Below are positions 39,549 to 52,232 of a stretch of 64,000 nt of DNA, one piece after another. Location: positions 1-64,000 of the forward strand of contig MEDY01000013.1 in NCBI GenBank assembly GCA_001724265.1. The letters run 5' to 3'. Position 1 is the first letter of the stretch; each line of letters starts with the position of its first letter. The notes beneath the pieces are model-generated. The model was not told the DNA's origin. It was given only the letters and a program-made list of their open reading frames with translations, and made no database searches. A program made the translations under genes and the position numbers. Source of the DNA: Rhizaria sp. SCN 62-66 (lineage: Eukaryota).

Positions 39549-41255
39549 TTACCGGTACAGCGTGGCGACCACGTTGCGGCGGCCGTCGCGGTTAAACTGC
39601 ACAACCAGCGGCCCCGGAATCTTGCGCACGCAGGCGTTGAACTCCTCCACCGTTGTCACGCTCTGGCCCTGGACCGAGGTGACGAGGTCGTTCTCAGCCA
39701 GGCCGGCGCGCTGCGCGGGGCCGCCGCGGTCGACCTTGGTCACGTACACACCGTTGCCCTCGGTGTGGCGCGTGTGCGTATCCTTGATGTAGAGCCCCAG
39801 CACGGGCACGGACGCGATGGCCGACACGGGCGCGGGGACGCCCGTGGAGCCGTCGGCATTGGCGAGGCGCTTGAACGAGCCAGCGGGGATGATGTTGCTG
39901 GGGTCGGCGTAGCCCGTACGGTCAAACTGAGAGCAGTGCGGATGCGAGATGGGCGTAACGGCGCCCGCGTTAGCGTGCTGGCGGTAGAAGCTGTTGCTGA
40001 CAGTGCCGGAAGGGGTAAAAGGACGCGCGCCGGTCGTGTTGGTCGCGCCGAGGCCGGCGTAAGGGGAGGTGCGTGCGAGGGCGGAGGCGGAGAAAGAGCT
40101 GCCGTACGCCGAGGACGCGTTGGCGGCATGCGCGGCGACGTTAGGCGGGCACGCGGGGCCCGCGGCGCCGCGGGACGTGGGCGCGCGCATGACGCGGGGC
40201 TGGTTGGAGGCGTTGGCAGCGAGCTGGCGCGCGGCCGCGAAGTCAGGCTCGTCGTCGTTGTCGACTTCGGCAACTGCGGGGTGGTCCGGAGCGTAGACCT
40301 CGCCGCCGCGGTTGCGCATGAGGCGCGAGTTGTTGATGCGGCCAAGGTCCGTGGTGGCGGCGATGGAAGGGGGACCGACGGGCACGGGCTGCAGAGCGTA
40401 GTGCTGGACCTCCTCGACCTCGACGACCTTGGTGTCCTCGACCTCGTCGATGCGGTAACCCTCGCACTCAACGATGCGCGACGCGGGGACGTCAACCTCG
40501 GCCCAGTCGTCGACCTCCTGGAACACAGACACGGGCTTCATCACCTTGCGCGTGCGGGTGACGGGGACCTTGAGGGTCGCGCGGTGGATGCCGGCGCGGG
40601 CCTCGGCGATCGCGCGGGGATCCGCGTTGGGAGGCAACGGGGGGTCAGTCAGCACGGTGTACTCCTCCTCAACCTCCTGGAAAGAGGGAACTTCGACCAG
40701 GCGCTTGATTGGCACGCGCTTGCGCACCATGGTGTCCTCGATCTTGTGGGTCGTGGTGGGGACCTTGACCTGGCGCTTGAAGGGCACCTCGACGCGGCGA
40801 ACCGTAGTGCGGGAGAAAGTGTGACCCTACAGATATAAAAACAAAATGAGGAGAAGTAACTAGAGTCAGAATGTAGGCCGGGGAAGTTCAACGTGTTAAA
40901 GATAATGTCATGCGTGGGAAATGCACGAAAGTAGCAATCTGCGTTTCAGTGCCGTTGGGGTAAAGTGAAACGAACCTCGTAAGGATAGGTAGCATCGTTG
41001 TCAGTAGCAGGCTTGGGCGTGGAAACAAGAAGACCGCGGTTGAAAACGTCAGGCAAAGATGCCTCGTGGGGGTTCGACACGAACCGAGTGGTTTGGAAGC
41101 TGTAAAACCGGGGCGAAGAGTAAGTTCGATGTGAGTCGTTGAGCGTTTCATCGAGGACACGGCGGAGCACTCAGTTCACATAGAAGACGTGATGGAAACG
41201 AAAATGTACACTTTTGAAAAATAACAATTTTTCGTATTAATACGTACCCAGACAT
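39549..41255 (-). CDS. V/E/K/P-rich cytoskeletal-type protein with C-terminal PDZ domain (469 aa); exons 41255-41248, 41099-40976, 40826-39549
   Basis: PDZ: VLGLYIKDT...GVYVTKVDRGGPAQRAGLAENDLVTSVQGQSV. The N-terminus has VEVP/VKVP/VPIK repeats. An 8-nt first coding exon (ATG TCT GG|GTACGT) and two introns (41247-41100, 40975-40827) give a continuous frame. Ends in TAA. Confidence 0.75.
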
Positions 41256-41688
41256 TAAGGTTGTCTAGTAATGGCGCTGTAAGCGACAGACAGATAAAGA
41301 AAACTTGCCGTTACTTCATCTCGCCGACCTTGGCTAGCCGTTGGCTCTTCGGTCGTCGGCCACTCTCGCCAAGTCGGTCGGTCCAAATTTGGGCTTGGCC
41401 CAGAAAGTGGTCGGACGTCTGACTGGCGCCTACCAAAAACAGTGCGTATCTCCACTGCTATATCTTCTTTACATGCATTATTTAAGTATAATGAGGTTTG
41501 ACATGCCTCGTGTTTATTGAATCCACGTTCAACCATCTTGACGACGAAAATCTGTATCATCTGGTCATTGATTTAGCTCTCGCGGTGGTTTCTCTCACAA
41601 CACATCTTCCCTCACTCCCACGTGATCTATCTCCGCAGCGCAGCTTTCCTTTCGTCAACAACCCTTTTTTTAGTGCACCTGCAGTTGA

Positions 41689-44600
41689 ATGCTGCCTCGC
41701 CTGCGCGTCGACGACCGGAGCGGTGTCGGTGGCGGCGGCCCGGGGGCGTCCCCGGCCGCAGGCTCGACTCCTTCCTGGGGCTCCCCGACCGCGCTCGCCT
41801 CCGGAGCTGCCTCGGCCCAATCCCAGCGCTTCGTCACTCACCAGACTTCCTTCGCACTCCCCGCAAAGAGCATCGACGCTGTGTTGGCCTGGAACGTCAC
41901 TGTCGCTGCCTTTCTCGCGCAGACCCCTGCCCCCAGCGAGGGCTCCGCAAGCGCCGCCGCCGCTCTGGCGGATATCGCAGACGCCGTCACCGTGCGCCAC
42001 GCCACCCAGCTGCTCATCAACGTTGCGCACCACGACCCGCGCGTGCGCGCTCCTGCTGGCGGTTACTTGCTCGCGCTCGCAACCGCGCTGGCCCCGCGCC
42101 TCGCCCCGTCTCCCGCGGTCGCCAACAAGCTCGTCACAGCGCTGCAGCTGTCGCCCGCTGCCACGCTAACCGCCGCGGACAACGTCGCTGTCGCCGCGTT
42201 CTTTGCCGCGTTCACCCCCGCGCTTGCCCCGGCCGTGCCCGCGCTTGTGTCCGGATTAGAACCCTTTTTCTTCGCCACAGACGCTGCCCCGCGCGATGCC
42301 GCCATCTCAGCGGCTTCCCGTCTCGTCGCCGCCGCGCCGTTATCCTTCGCGACTCCGCAAGCCGCGGCCAGCTCCAGCACGGGCAATAGCGCGGAGGAGT
42401 CCGAGGCGTTATCGCTTGTCTGGAGCCTCTGCTTCCTTCTCGACACGATTGAAGACGCCTCGAGCTCAAACAGCGGCAGCGGCAGCAGATCTGGCTCAAG
42501 CGCAGCATCGTCCACTGCGCTCGTGACCGCCAGCCGCGCCAACGCGCTGCAGGCTCGCATTGCCTCGTCCTCCGCCGGCGCCAGCGCCAGTGCAGGCACC
42601 GGTCTGTCCGCCGTCGCGCTCGCCGCCGCTCTAGCCGCTGCGCCCGCTCAGGCCCGGTCAACGCGTCGCACCGTGCTGTCAGCACTTGCCACACTGGCGC
42701 CTCTGTACACGCGCGTCCCGCTGCTCTTGGCCGCGACGGCGATGTCAGTCGCCAACACGACCACGGCGACGTCTGCGCTGCCAGCCGCCGCCGCAGTCTC
42801 CGCCGCGGCCGCCGCGGGCGCTGCGATGACGGCGCATGTGACCACGCGTGTCGCCGCGCTGCCCGCCGCGACCGACGCCGACGCCGCCGCCGCGCGCGCC
42901 GCGCTGTCTGCTGTCTTCAACTCCGTTGCCGATCTTGCACGCGCTGTTGCCGCGGCCACGGGCGCGGTCAACGGCGGTGACGAGCCCGCCGCGCGGTCCT
43001 ATCTGCGCCCTCTGTTCTCCGCCTTCACTGGCTCTACTAGCTACACCACCGCCGCCGCCGCGAGCAACGCTGCGGCGGCGGGCGTCGAGGCCAAAAGCAC
43101 TGGCCGCGAGCCCGCCCTGTCAGCGCTGATGCGCATCGCAAACGAGACGGTCGCTCGGCACGGCTCTCTTTCCGCGCCGCTGCTCCCGCTGCTCTCAGCC
43201 TCGTCGTCCTCCGCGTCTGCCTCGGCGTCCTCGTCCTCATCAGCCTCCTCGTCGTCCCCCGATCTCCTGGCGTGGGCCCTCGCCACAGCGGTCACCGCGG
43301 CCCACGGCCTGCCCGCCGCGGCGCAGTGCGCGCTGGAGCCCGCTCTCCCGCCGCGGCTCCTGCCCGCGACGGCCTCCGCGCAGCTCCGCGCGCTGGCCAC
43401 ACTGCGGTACGCGCCCCCGGCCGACGTGCGCGAGCTCTTGGCGGTGCTCGTGCAGCATCTGCGCTCTGCCGCGCCGCCCGCGACGCGCCACGCGGCCGCC
43501 GCGGCGCTCGCGGCGCTGCTGCAGGTCGCGCCGACGCTCGCCGCCACAGCGGGGCCCGACAGCGTCGGCGCTGGCGCCGGGGCCGGGGCCGGGGGCGCGT
43601 TCTACTGCGACGCGTCGCTGCTCCCCACGGTTGTCGCGGGGCTGCACGAGCAGCACCCGCCCGCGCGCGCGGCGTACACGGCGACCCTGGAGCACCTCGC
43701 CAGGGCGGACTTGCTGCTCCTCAACCACACGCTCGGGAATGTCAACAACAACAACAACAACAACAACAACAACCCGGGTGCGAGCGCCAGTGGCGTTGCG
43801 AGGGTCTTTGCGGGCGGTTCGCCTGCGCACTTGCTGCTGCTGTTGCGCGCGCTGCGGCGGCGTCTGCAGGGCCCGCCGCCCGCGTCCGCTGGCCCTGAAG
43901 CCGCTGCACTGGCGAACTTGCTCGCCGCCGCTGCCGCCGCCGAGAGCGCGGCACATCGGGGCGCCAGTAACAGCTCTGGGAGTACCGGTTCGCCTCCTGT
44001 GAGCGGCGTGCGCATGGGCACCACAGGTCCGGCGTACGATCACACGGCCCCGACTCCTGCTGCGGCGAGTGCATCAACAGCGATTTCTTCAACACAGGGG
44101 GGAAATAGCAATAATGCTCTCAGTGACGCATCTGCTTCTGCTGCTGCTTCGAGTGGGAGCCACCCGCTTTCGGCTCTGCTCAGCGCTGGCGCACCGCTCC
44201 CGCCCGCGCCGCCCGCGCCCGTGCTGACGACGGCGCCGCTGCTGCTGCTGGCCGCGACCGCCGAAGCTGCCCGCGTCGCCGCACCCGCAGCCGCCGCGCC
44301 CGCCCAGCTGCTCGCGCTGCTCCGCGCCGCCGCCGCCGCCCCGCTGCCGGCGCGCCCGCTGCGGTTGTGGTTGCTGTCACTCTGGGCCCAACGCGCCGCC
44401 GCCGTGCCGGCGCCGCTGCTTCCCGCGCTCATCGACCTCGTCACTGCGCCCGACTCGGCCGCGGGCGCTGCCTCCGTCTCCGGCGGCGGCGGCAGCGGCG
44501 CTGGGCACGGGGCGGAGGCGGGCGCGACGGTGGGCGCGGCGACGGCAGCGGCGTTGGCCGGCGCGACGCAAGCTGCGGCTGTCGCCGTCTTCGCCGCAGT

Positions 44601-47600
44601 GCCCGCCGTTGCCTCGCTCGCTGAGGGTCCGCTGTTAGGACTTGTGCACGTGATCACGGACGCCCTCCAGCCCACGGTCGCCCCTGCCGCCAACCCCTCC
44701 AGTTTCGGCGCCCCCGCTGCGGCGACAGCGACTGTGGGCCGGAAGAGTGCGCGGACCGTCGCCGCGCTGCTGCAGTGCTTATCTCTGCTGCCCCTCGCGC
44801 GGCTGCCGCCGGCGAAGCTGTCACGCCTGCTGGGAGTGCTCGCTGCACACCTCACCTTCTCGCAGGCGCAGCCGCAATCGCAAGCACTGACGAACGCCGG
44901 AACTGGCTCGAGCTCAGTGAGCTCTGCGCTGCCGACCGCCGCTGTGGCTGCAGACGCTGCCGCCACGCGCGCCGCTGTTTTCGCGTTTCTCGCAGTCGCA
45001 GCGCGCTCCCGAGCCTTCCGCGCGCCTCGCGTTTGGGCCCGCGCGTTTGCACTCGCGCTGCTCGGACTCGGCGACCCCGCGCCCCCACCCCGCCCCTCTT
45101 TTATGGCGGCGCCCGCGGCCACCGCTGCTATGGCGATCACTGCGACGGCGACGACCGAGCCCCCCGCCAGTGCCGCAGCGCGCGCCGTGTTAGCGCTGTT
45201 GGCCTTTGCGGCGGACGGCAACCCCCACGGCGGCGCCTTCACGACTCTTGCAGCGCGCTTCAGCACCGCTGGCGGCCTCACGTTGAACGCTAGCAGCGCG
45301 AGTAACCTCGCCGTGAGCACTGGCGCCAGTGCAGCTGCGAGCGTGTTTGCACGCGCCGTGCCGCAAAGCGCGCGTTTTGCCGCCCAATGCGCGCTCGCAG
45401 GCGGTCTGGCCGCAGCGCTCGGTGGCGACACGCTGCATCTCGCGGCCGCCACGGCGCCGATCAGCGCAGCCAGCAGCAGCGCGAGCGCCAACAACGCGCG
45501 CGCCGCGACGGGCAGTGTGAACGCGCTGGTGCCGACGCTGCCGCCGATGGGGCCAGCGGCCGCGGCGGATGCGGCTTACCTTTGGGGCATCGCTGCTGGC
45601 GCGCCCCGTCCCAACTCGACTAACGCCGGCAGCTCCATTGCAAACTTTAGTGCGAGTCCTGTCGCGCCCGCTGCTGCTGAGGACGACGAGGCTGGCCTGG
45701 GCCCGCTGGTTCAGCCCGGCGGCTGCGTTGTGTGGCCGCTGCGCACTCTGGCAGCACTGGTGCGCGACGCCCTCATCCTGCCCGCCGACGCCACCGCGGC
45801 TGCCATCGCCGCCGCCACGGGCACGCTGTCCCCCGCCGCATCTCTGGCCAGCGGCGTCGTCACCGCGCTCGCGCGCCTCCGCGGCCCGCCCACCGCGACG
45901 CCGCTACCGCCGTCGTCCGCGGCCGTCGCCGCGCTGGCGGCGCAACCGCAGTGCCCGCTCTGGACGCCGCTGCTGTTGACGCAGCTCGGCGTGCTCTCGC
46001 ACTCCACCCTGCCGCCTGCGCTGCTGCTCGAGCCCCTGCTTTCCGCCGCTGACGCCGGGATCCGCCGTGCCGCCGCGCTGGCGATGGCGCGGGCCTGCGT
46101 CAGTGGCGCGCGCGTGCATGCGCGCTGCGTCGACAACCTGCTCACGACGACCATGACGCTCGCAGCCGCGGCGGGCGCGCCCCCGTCCTCCGCCTCGGCC
46201 GCCGCGGCTTCCGCAGCGGCCGCGGGCGGCGAGGCCGCGTTCTCGTTGCTGGCGTTGTTGACTCCGCTGACACTACCAGCGCTGCCGGGCACTGTCGCGC
46301 GAAGCTTCGCCGCGCCCGCGCTCGCAGTCGTGCAGTCCGTCTCGGCCGCGCCGGCCACGCGTGTCGCAGCGCTGCGTTTCCTCGAGACGTTACTCCTGAC
46401 ACGCCCCGAGGACTGTTTGCAGTTTGCGCCTATCTTGCGCGATAAGCTGCGCGAGCTCATCGCCTTCACACCGCTGCCGCCTCGCACGCCGCTGTCCTTC
46501 GCGGACTCGCTCTCTGATTCCAACGCTGCCACAAGCAACGCGAACACCTCGACGGATAGCAACAGTCAGGGGTCGACGACCGTCGCTGTCAACTCAAACA
46601 CAGCTGCGAGCAGCCGCGCCCCGGCCCCGTCTGCACATGCGCTGTTCGCGCGCCTCTATGCCCTCACAGCGCACGTCGCCACTGACGCATCCAATGCCGT
46701 GGGCACCGCGGCCGAGGCCGGCGCACGCGCCACGCAGTGGTGGAACGCGATCCGCGGCGACATCCTCGGCGCCGCGGGGGCCGCGCACGACCCTCTGTGG
46801 GCGCAAATTGACCTCCGCCGCGGCGTCGTGCTGCAGCTCGCCGCGATCGACGCCGCCGCCGCGCTCGCCGCGCCGCCGCCCGTGGCCGCCGCCGCCGCGC
46901 GCGCGCTGCTGCCGCTGCTCGCACTCGGCGCCCCGCCCAAGGGCGCCGATGCCGCCGCCGGAGCCGCCATCCGCGCCGCCACGCTGCGCGCGGTGCTGCG
47001 GCTCGCGGCGCGGCTGCCGGCGGCGGACGCGGCGCCGCTGCGCTGGGCGTGTCTGCCCGCGATGGCGGACCCCGCAGTCGCCGTCCGGGAAGCGTTCTGG
47101 GCCTCGTCGCTCGGCGGTTTAAGCTCTTCTGGCTCTGCGGGCTCAGCACAGAACGTAAACGTGAATGGCAGCGGCAGCGGCGAAGACAGCTTTGACGCGT
47201 ATGCAAACGCTCTCAGCTTCAGTCCAGAGTCATCCACCTCTGCAGCGGCGGCGGCTGGAGCTGCGGCCGTAGTCAGCGCCAGCGCCAGTGAGTCGACCGC
47301 GGCGTGGGGCGTGATGTCCGGTGACTTGGGCGCCGGCGCCCGTGCGCTGCGCATTCTCAGCTCTTCCGCGGCCGACGCGTCCACGCCGTGGTTCCTGTCC
47401 CCAGCGACGCTCGCCTCCACCGCCGGCGCTGCGGGTCCCACCGCTGTCAATGCAGCGCGCCTCACATCTTTCGCCGCCGCTGTCCGCGCGCGCGCCGCGA
47501 CCGCACCCACGGTTGACGACGCTCTCTTGCACGCGCTCCGCACCGCTGCCGCGACGCGCATCGGACATTTCCCCGCACAATCGTTCGATGAAGTGCTGTA

Positions 47601-50309
47601 CAGGCTCGGCGCGTGGATGCCGCCCGCACGCGCGCCCTCCGCCGCGGCCGCCGGCGCCGCCGCGCTGGCGCTGGCCGAGTCCGCCGTCGCTGGCCTGCTG
47701 CTGCCGCCCACGCCGCTGCCCGCCGGCGCGCCGTCCCCCGTAGTCGTCGCTGAGGCCGTCGCGCGTGTGCTGCTGGCGCACTCGGCCACGCCCGCCGGCG
47801 CAGCGTCGCCGGCGCAGCGGCCACTTCTTGCCGGCGTCGTGCTCGGTCTGCAGTCGCTGTGTGCCGCGGCGCCACAGCTCCTCGCGCCCGCGCTGCGTCA
47901 CTTCGAGACGATCGAGTCGCTCTCAGAGGGCCACTTGCGCGCGCTCGCAGCCGTGCTCGCCGCGGCCACCACGGGCGCCGCACACGGCCAGCAGCAGCAG
48001 CAGAACGGGCAGTCAGCGAAGCGCAACGCGAGCAACAACGGCGAACTCTCCCCCGCACTCGCGGCCGCGCTGAGCGACGCCCCCACGGCGGCCGCGGTCA
48101 ACTCACTCTCGGCGACGCTGCTGACGACGCTGCAGAACCCCAACGCACCGCTAAGCACCAAGGAGGCCGCTCTGCGCGTCGTCACCGGGCTCGCGCGCGT
48201 TTTGCCGCCCGCTCTTGTCGCCGCCGCGCTGTCGCACGTGTTCGCGCTGCTAGAGACCGTTTCTGACCCCGCGTTCCACTCGCTGTGCTCGTCGCAGCTG
48301 GCCGCGTTGTTTGCCGCGCTCCCGCAAGGCCACCCTCTCGCCGCGGCGCTCGCTGCGGCGCTGCAGCTCGACGCCCAGTCTCCGCGCCCCGCGGCCCGCC
48401 TGCGTGCGCTGACCACGCTTGCCCTGCTGGGCTCGCAAGTGAGCGCGAAGCAACAGCTCACGTGCGCGCTGCGGCTGCTGTGTGACCCCGCGCCCGCGGT
48501 TGCCCAGCTTGCGCTGACGCGCGTGCTGTCAGGCGCGCTGTGCGCGCCGCTGTCGAGCAAGATGGCCGCGGATCTCCGAGAGGCCACGCGCGAAGTCGTC
48601 AATCTCGACCGCGCGAGCGACCAAGACCTGTTGGCGGCATTCGCGCAGCAGCTCGCGGACAGCGACAACGGCCACGGCAACGGCAACACCGGCGACAACG
48701 CGTCCACAGGCGCTGGTGCCAACGCTGGCTCTGTTGACGGAAACGGCGGTGAGAATACGGGCGACGGCGGCCCAGGCTCTCCTGAAGCGTCTAAGTCCCA
48801 GTTGCATCACCAGCAGCAGCAACAGCAACAACAAAGAGAGACCAGCGGCGGCAACAACGCTGGCACTGTCAACGCTGCTGTCGAGTCCTTGCTAGGCCAA
48901 GAGCTGACGGTGCCTCTGCCGAACCCTGACCCGTCCAACGCAGCATACCACGGCTCCTTCCGGTTCCGCCGCATCCTCGCCATCTACGGGCTCCCTGCGG
49001 CCGCTGCCAACGCCGCCGCTGTCGCGCTCGCCGCTACGGCCGCCGCCGCCGCTGCTGCCGACAGCGGCGCTGCCGCCGAGGGCGAGACCGACATTGCGCA
49101 CACGCTCGAAGCCTCGGCTGCGCTGTTTGCGCACTGGCGCAACGGCGGCGGAATCAAGGAAGTCGCTGACGCTAGCAGTAGCGGCACCATTGTCGTTGGT
49201 GGACGTCGCGTTCGCCGCGGCTCCGGCGACACCACGAACGCTTCTCCAAACGCTTCTGACTCGTCCGCCGCCGTCGCCGGTGCTGCCACCGCCGTCGTGC
49301 TGAGCCCGTCGCGCCGCGCCGCGCTGATCGCGGACATCCGCGCCCGCCGCGCCGTGCGCGCCGGCCCCGCCGTCATGTCCGTCGCGGTCGCGCTGCTCGT
49401 CGCCGCCGAGCCCGTCCAGGCGGGCATGCTCGTCGACTCGCTCATGCGCGCACTCAGCGCCGGCACCACAAACGCCTCCTCCAGCGGCGCCAATGCCAGC
49501 GTGGACGGTGGCAGCGGGGGCCCGCGCAGTGCTGCGGGGGGCGCGCGCGGGTCGGCGCACAGCAGCGTTGGCGACGGCAGCAGCAGCCCCCACTCGGCGG
49601 CCGGCACGCCCGGCACTGGCGGTGCTGCTAGCGCCGGAGGACCGCCAGGAAACCGGACGAAGTTCAGGCTCGCGGACCGCCTACACTCTCTCTCAGTTGC
49701 AGGATCTCTGCTCGCGGCGTTCCCCGCGCCTGAGCGCGTCGCCGCCGCGCTCGAGCAGCTGCTGTCGCTCGCTTCCGCACTGCGCACGCGCGCGCACGGG
49801 CTCCGGTCGAGCGCGCTGCTCTCATTGCACGCGCAGCGCACTGTCGCGCCCGCTCTGGACTCGGCGCTCGTGCCGCTGCTCGCCAGCCACGAGGACTACA
49901 CAGCCAGCGAGACCATGCGTTCCGCGCTTTATAACAACGGAACGAGCGCTGCCGGCGCCGCTGCTGGCATGGGCACTACGCCCGCAGTCGCTGCCCTCAC
50001 CGCGCATCAGCAGAGCATCGCCGCGAGTCAAACCACGAGCGATCACCTGGCCGCCGTCACCGCGCTGCAGCTCGCCGTCGTCGCGCGCGTTGGCACGCTC
50101 GCCGTCGCCAAGGCGCGCGTGCTGGAGCCCACGGTGCTGGCGATGACCGCCGAGGCGCTCGCGGGCGGACTGGGCGACACGCACCGAGCCTTACGCCGCG
50201 CGAGCGTCGGGGCGCTGATGGGCCTGATCAAGGCGCGTGTCGCGGCTGCGGGCGGTGCGCCGACGCTGGCGATTGCGGCGGCGCGTGCGGGCTCAGTCGC
50301 CGACAAGTT

Positions 50310-50359
<50 letters not shown>

Positions 50360-50904
50360 CGAGGCAAAGGCAGTCACAACAACAACAACAGCAGCAGCAG
50401 AGCGAAGGTGAGAGTGTGGCGAGCGCGACAGCGCCAGAGACCGCTGCGAACGTACTTGGCCCCGCCGCAAGCGACCCGTTCGTGGTCGCCGCGCAGTCCC
50501 TCCTCAGCTCCACGGTCGCTACGCTCCTGCGGCCTGCTGCGGCCGCGCGGCTGCGGCGCCGGAAGGCCGACTACGCTGCGCTCGCTGGCGCCGCGGTGCC
50601 GTACCACGCGCACGCCGGCGCGCGGCAGGAAGCTCTGCGCGCACTTGTGGCGCTGTGGCGCGATGCGGACTCCGCGGTGGCCGAGACAGCGATTGAGGCG
50701 GTCGCGAAGCTTGTGCAGCAGAGGCAGACGGAGGCGTGCGCGCTTGCCACAAGGGATAACTTCAGCAAGCAATTACCATCACAGCCTCCGCAGCAGCAGC
50801 CGGCGCCGCTGGTGCGGGCGGCGCTGGCGCTGCTGGGAGACACTGGTGTTGCGGAGGAGACCAAAACCAAGCTCCGGGAGTTCATGCAGACGCTCATGGA
50901 GTAA
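41689..50904 (+). CDS. Very large Ala/Leu-rich alpha-solenoid (HEAT/ARM-like) protein of unknown function, 3071 aa, intronless
   Basis: 9.2-kb uninterrupted ORF with GC-rich third positions. HEAT-like ends include ACLPAMADPAVAVREA, LRLLCDPAPAVAQLA, GLGDTHRALRRASVGAL and LWRDADSAVAETAIEAV. Ends in TAA. Confidence 0.75.
50311..50355 (+). repeat. (CAG)15 encoding poly-Gln
   Basis: Perfect trinucleotide run in frame in the 3071-aa gene. Confidence 0.95.
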
Positions 50905-51139
50905 AGAAAGCTTGATACGAACGTATGAACAAGGGTTGAAGAACAAGCGTTAAGCAACAGGCACAACGAAGATAGTCTTGCTCAGGATTGAAACAACGTA
51001 TAAAAGATGTTATTTAGATTGGTGTAAAAAAGTATACAGAATATCATGTTCAAATCATGGCCAATTTTGGGATGCGGATGAAGAGAAACGCAAATTGGTA
51101 GGGATTGTATTACTAGTTGTTTGCTGAAAGCTTTACAGG

Positions 51140-51695
51140 TTATGTCGATGGCACAGCAGTCAATAGGTCCGCAGGTGAGCCAGATGTGTGATGGCCTAAT
51201 AATAGACCACAGTAGCCCAAGTGACAGCCATAAATGGAAAAGTGTACACTCTGTGCCGATGACAAAGGATGGCCAGCAGGAACAAAGAAGAGACGATGGC
51301 AAGTGAGTTTTGTGTTCGATTTAGGTAGATATGTACAACTATGTAAAAGCATATCCAGTCAGCAAATGCGAATGCAATGTCTACAATACAGGGACCTCAA
51401 TACGGCCACACCGCCGCAGCTACAAAAGCAACTGCGACAGTACCACCGTACCTCAGTACCCTGCGTCAGGTCTCAAACTATATAAAGAACATCATCCCGG
51501 AAGATAGTAACAAAAGGGCAAGAGCAACACAGGATGGTGCGTGGCGTACCGTAGAGCGAAGTCAATTCGACCCAACCTGGCTATTGAGGCGCGCAGTGGC
51601 CTTGGAAATCAGGTTAGGACAAGCCCCTCGAGACTTGGTCACGGGGGGGCTAACAGGTATGCTGAAACACAGCTTGCCGGCACTTCTGTCACTCA
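51140..51695 (-). ncRNA. Candidate structured non-coding RNA (tandem hairpins), divergent from the DED1-like gene
   Basis: Hairpins at 51143-51264, 51389-51463, 51493-51536, 51571-51618, 51622-51651 and 51651-51691. Their wobble pairs are G-U only on the minus strand. Confidence 0.4.
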
Positions 51696-52232
51696 TTAAA
51701 GAGTGAACAAATAAAGTGCGACCTTTTACCTTTAGTCCGGAGCGCTATGCGTCGGACAGCGAACATGTATCGCTGAAGGTGAAGATAAACTTTCGCACTT
51801 CGATTGACCAACTCGTCTCGCGGTCGACGGCGGTCGGTCGGTTGGGCACGCACTCTCGATTTTTTGCGAACCGCCTCGCCTTGCAAGAAGAGAAAGATGA
51901 ATCCGTGCCGACTGGACCGACTGCGGCGCACAATCATGGACATTGTCGATCTCGGTGGGCGGATGGTCAATAACGACCAGGGACTTATTGCATTGCCTCT
52001 ACAAGTGAGTTTTTTCAAACTTGTATATTGGACGCGTTGTTTCCCCGTCTGGGGCGTCCCACAGCTCGTCTCTCGCACACTCCTCTCTGACCCGAAACAG
52101 CAGGCACCTCCGCACACTCAAAACACCCCATCCCACCCGCAGCAGTGCTTCTAATCGCATCTAACTCTCACATATTGTACACCTATTGAATCCCACTATC
52201 TGTTTGTTTTATTTCATCGTGTAGCGGTTATC

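Noticed and set aside
51610-51618. CCUAACCU as a telomerase RNA template for TTAGG repeats
   Set aside because: Only 8 nt, buried in a predicted stem, and the organism's telomere repeat is unknown. No supporting evidence.
51377-52154. Short ORFs upstream of the DED1-like gene
   Set aside because: No codon bias like neighbouring genes and no motifs; better explained by RNA structure and promoter/UTR sequence.
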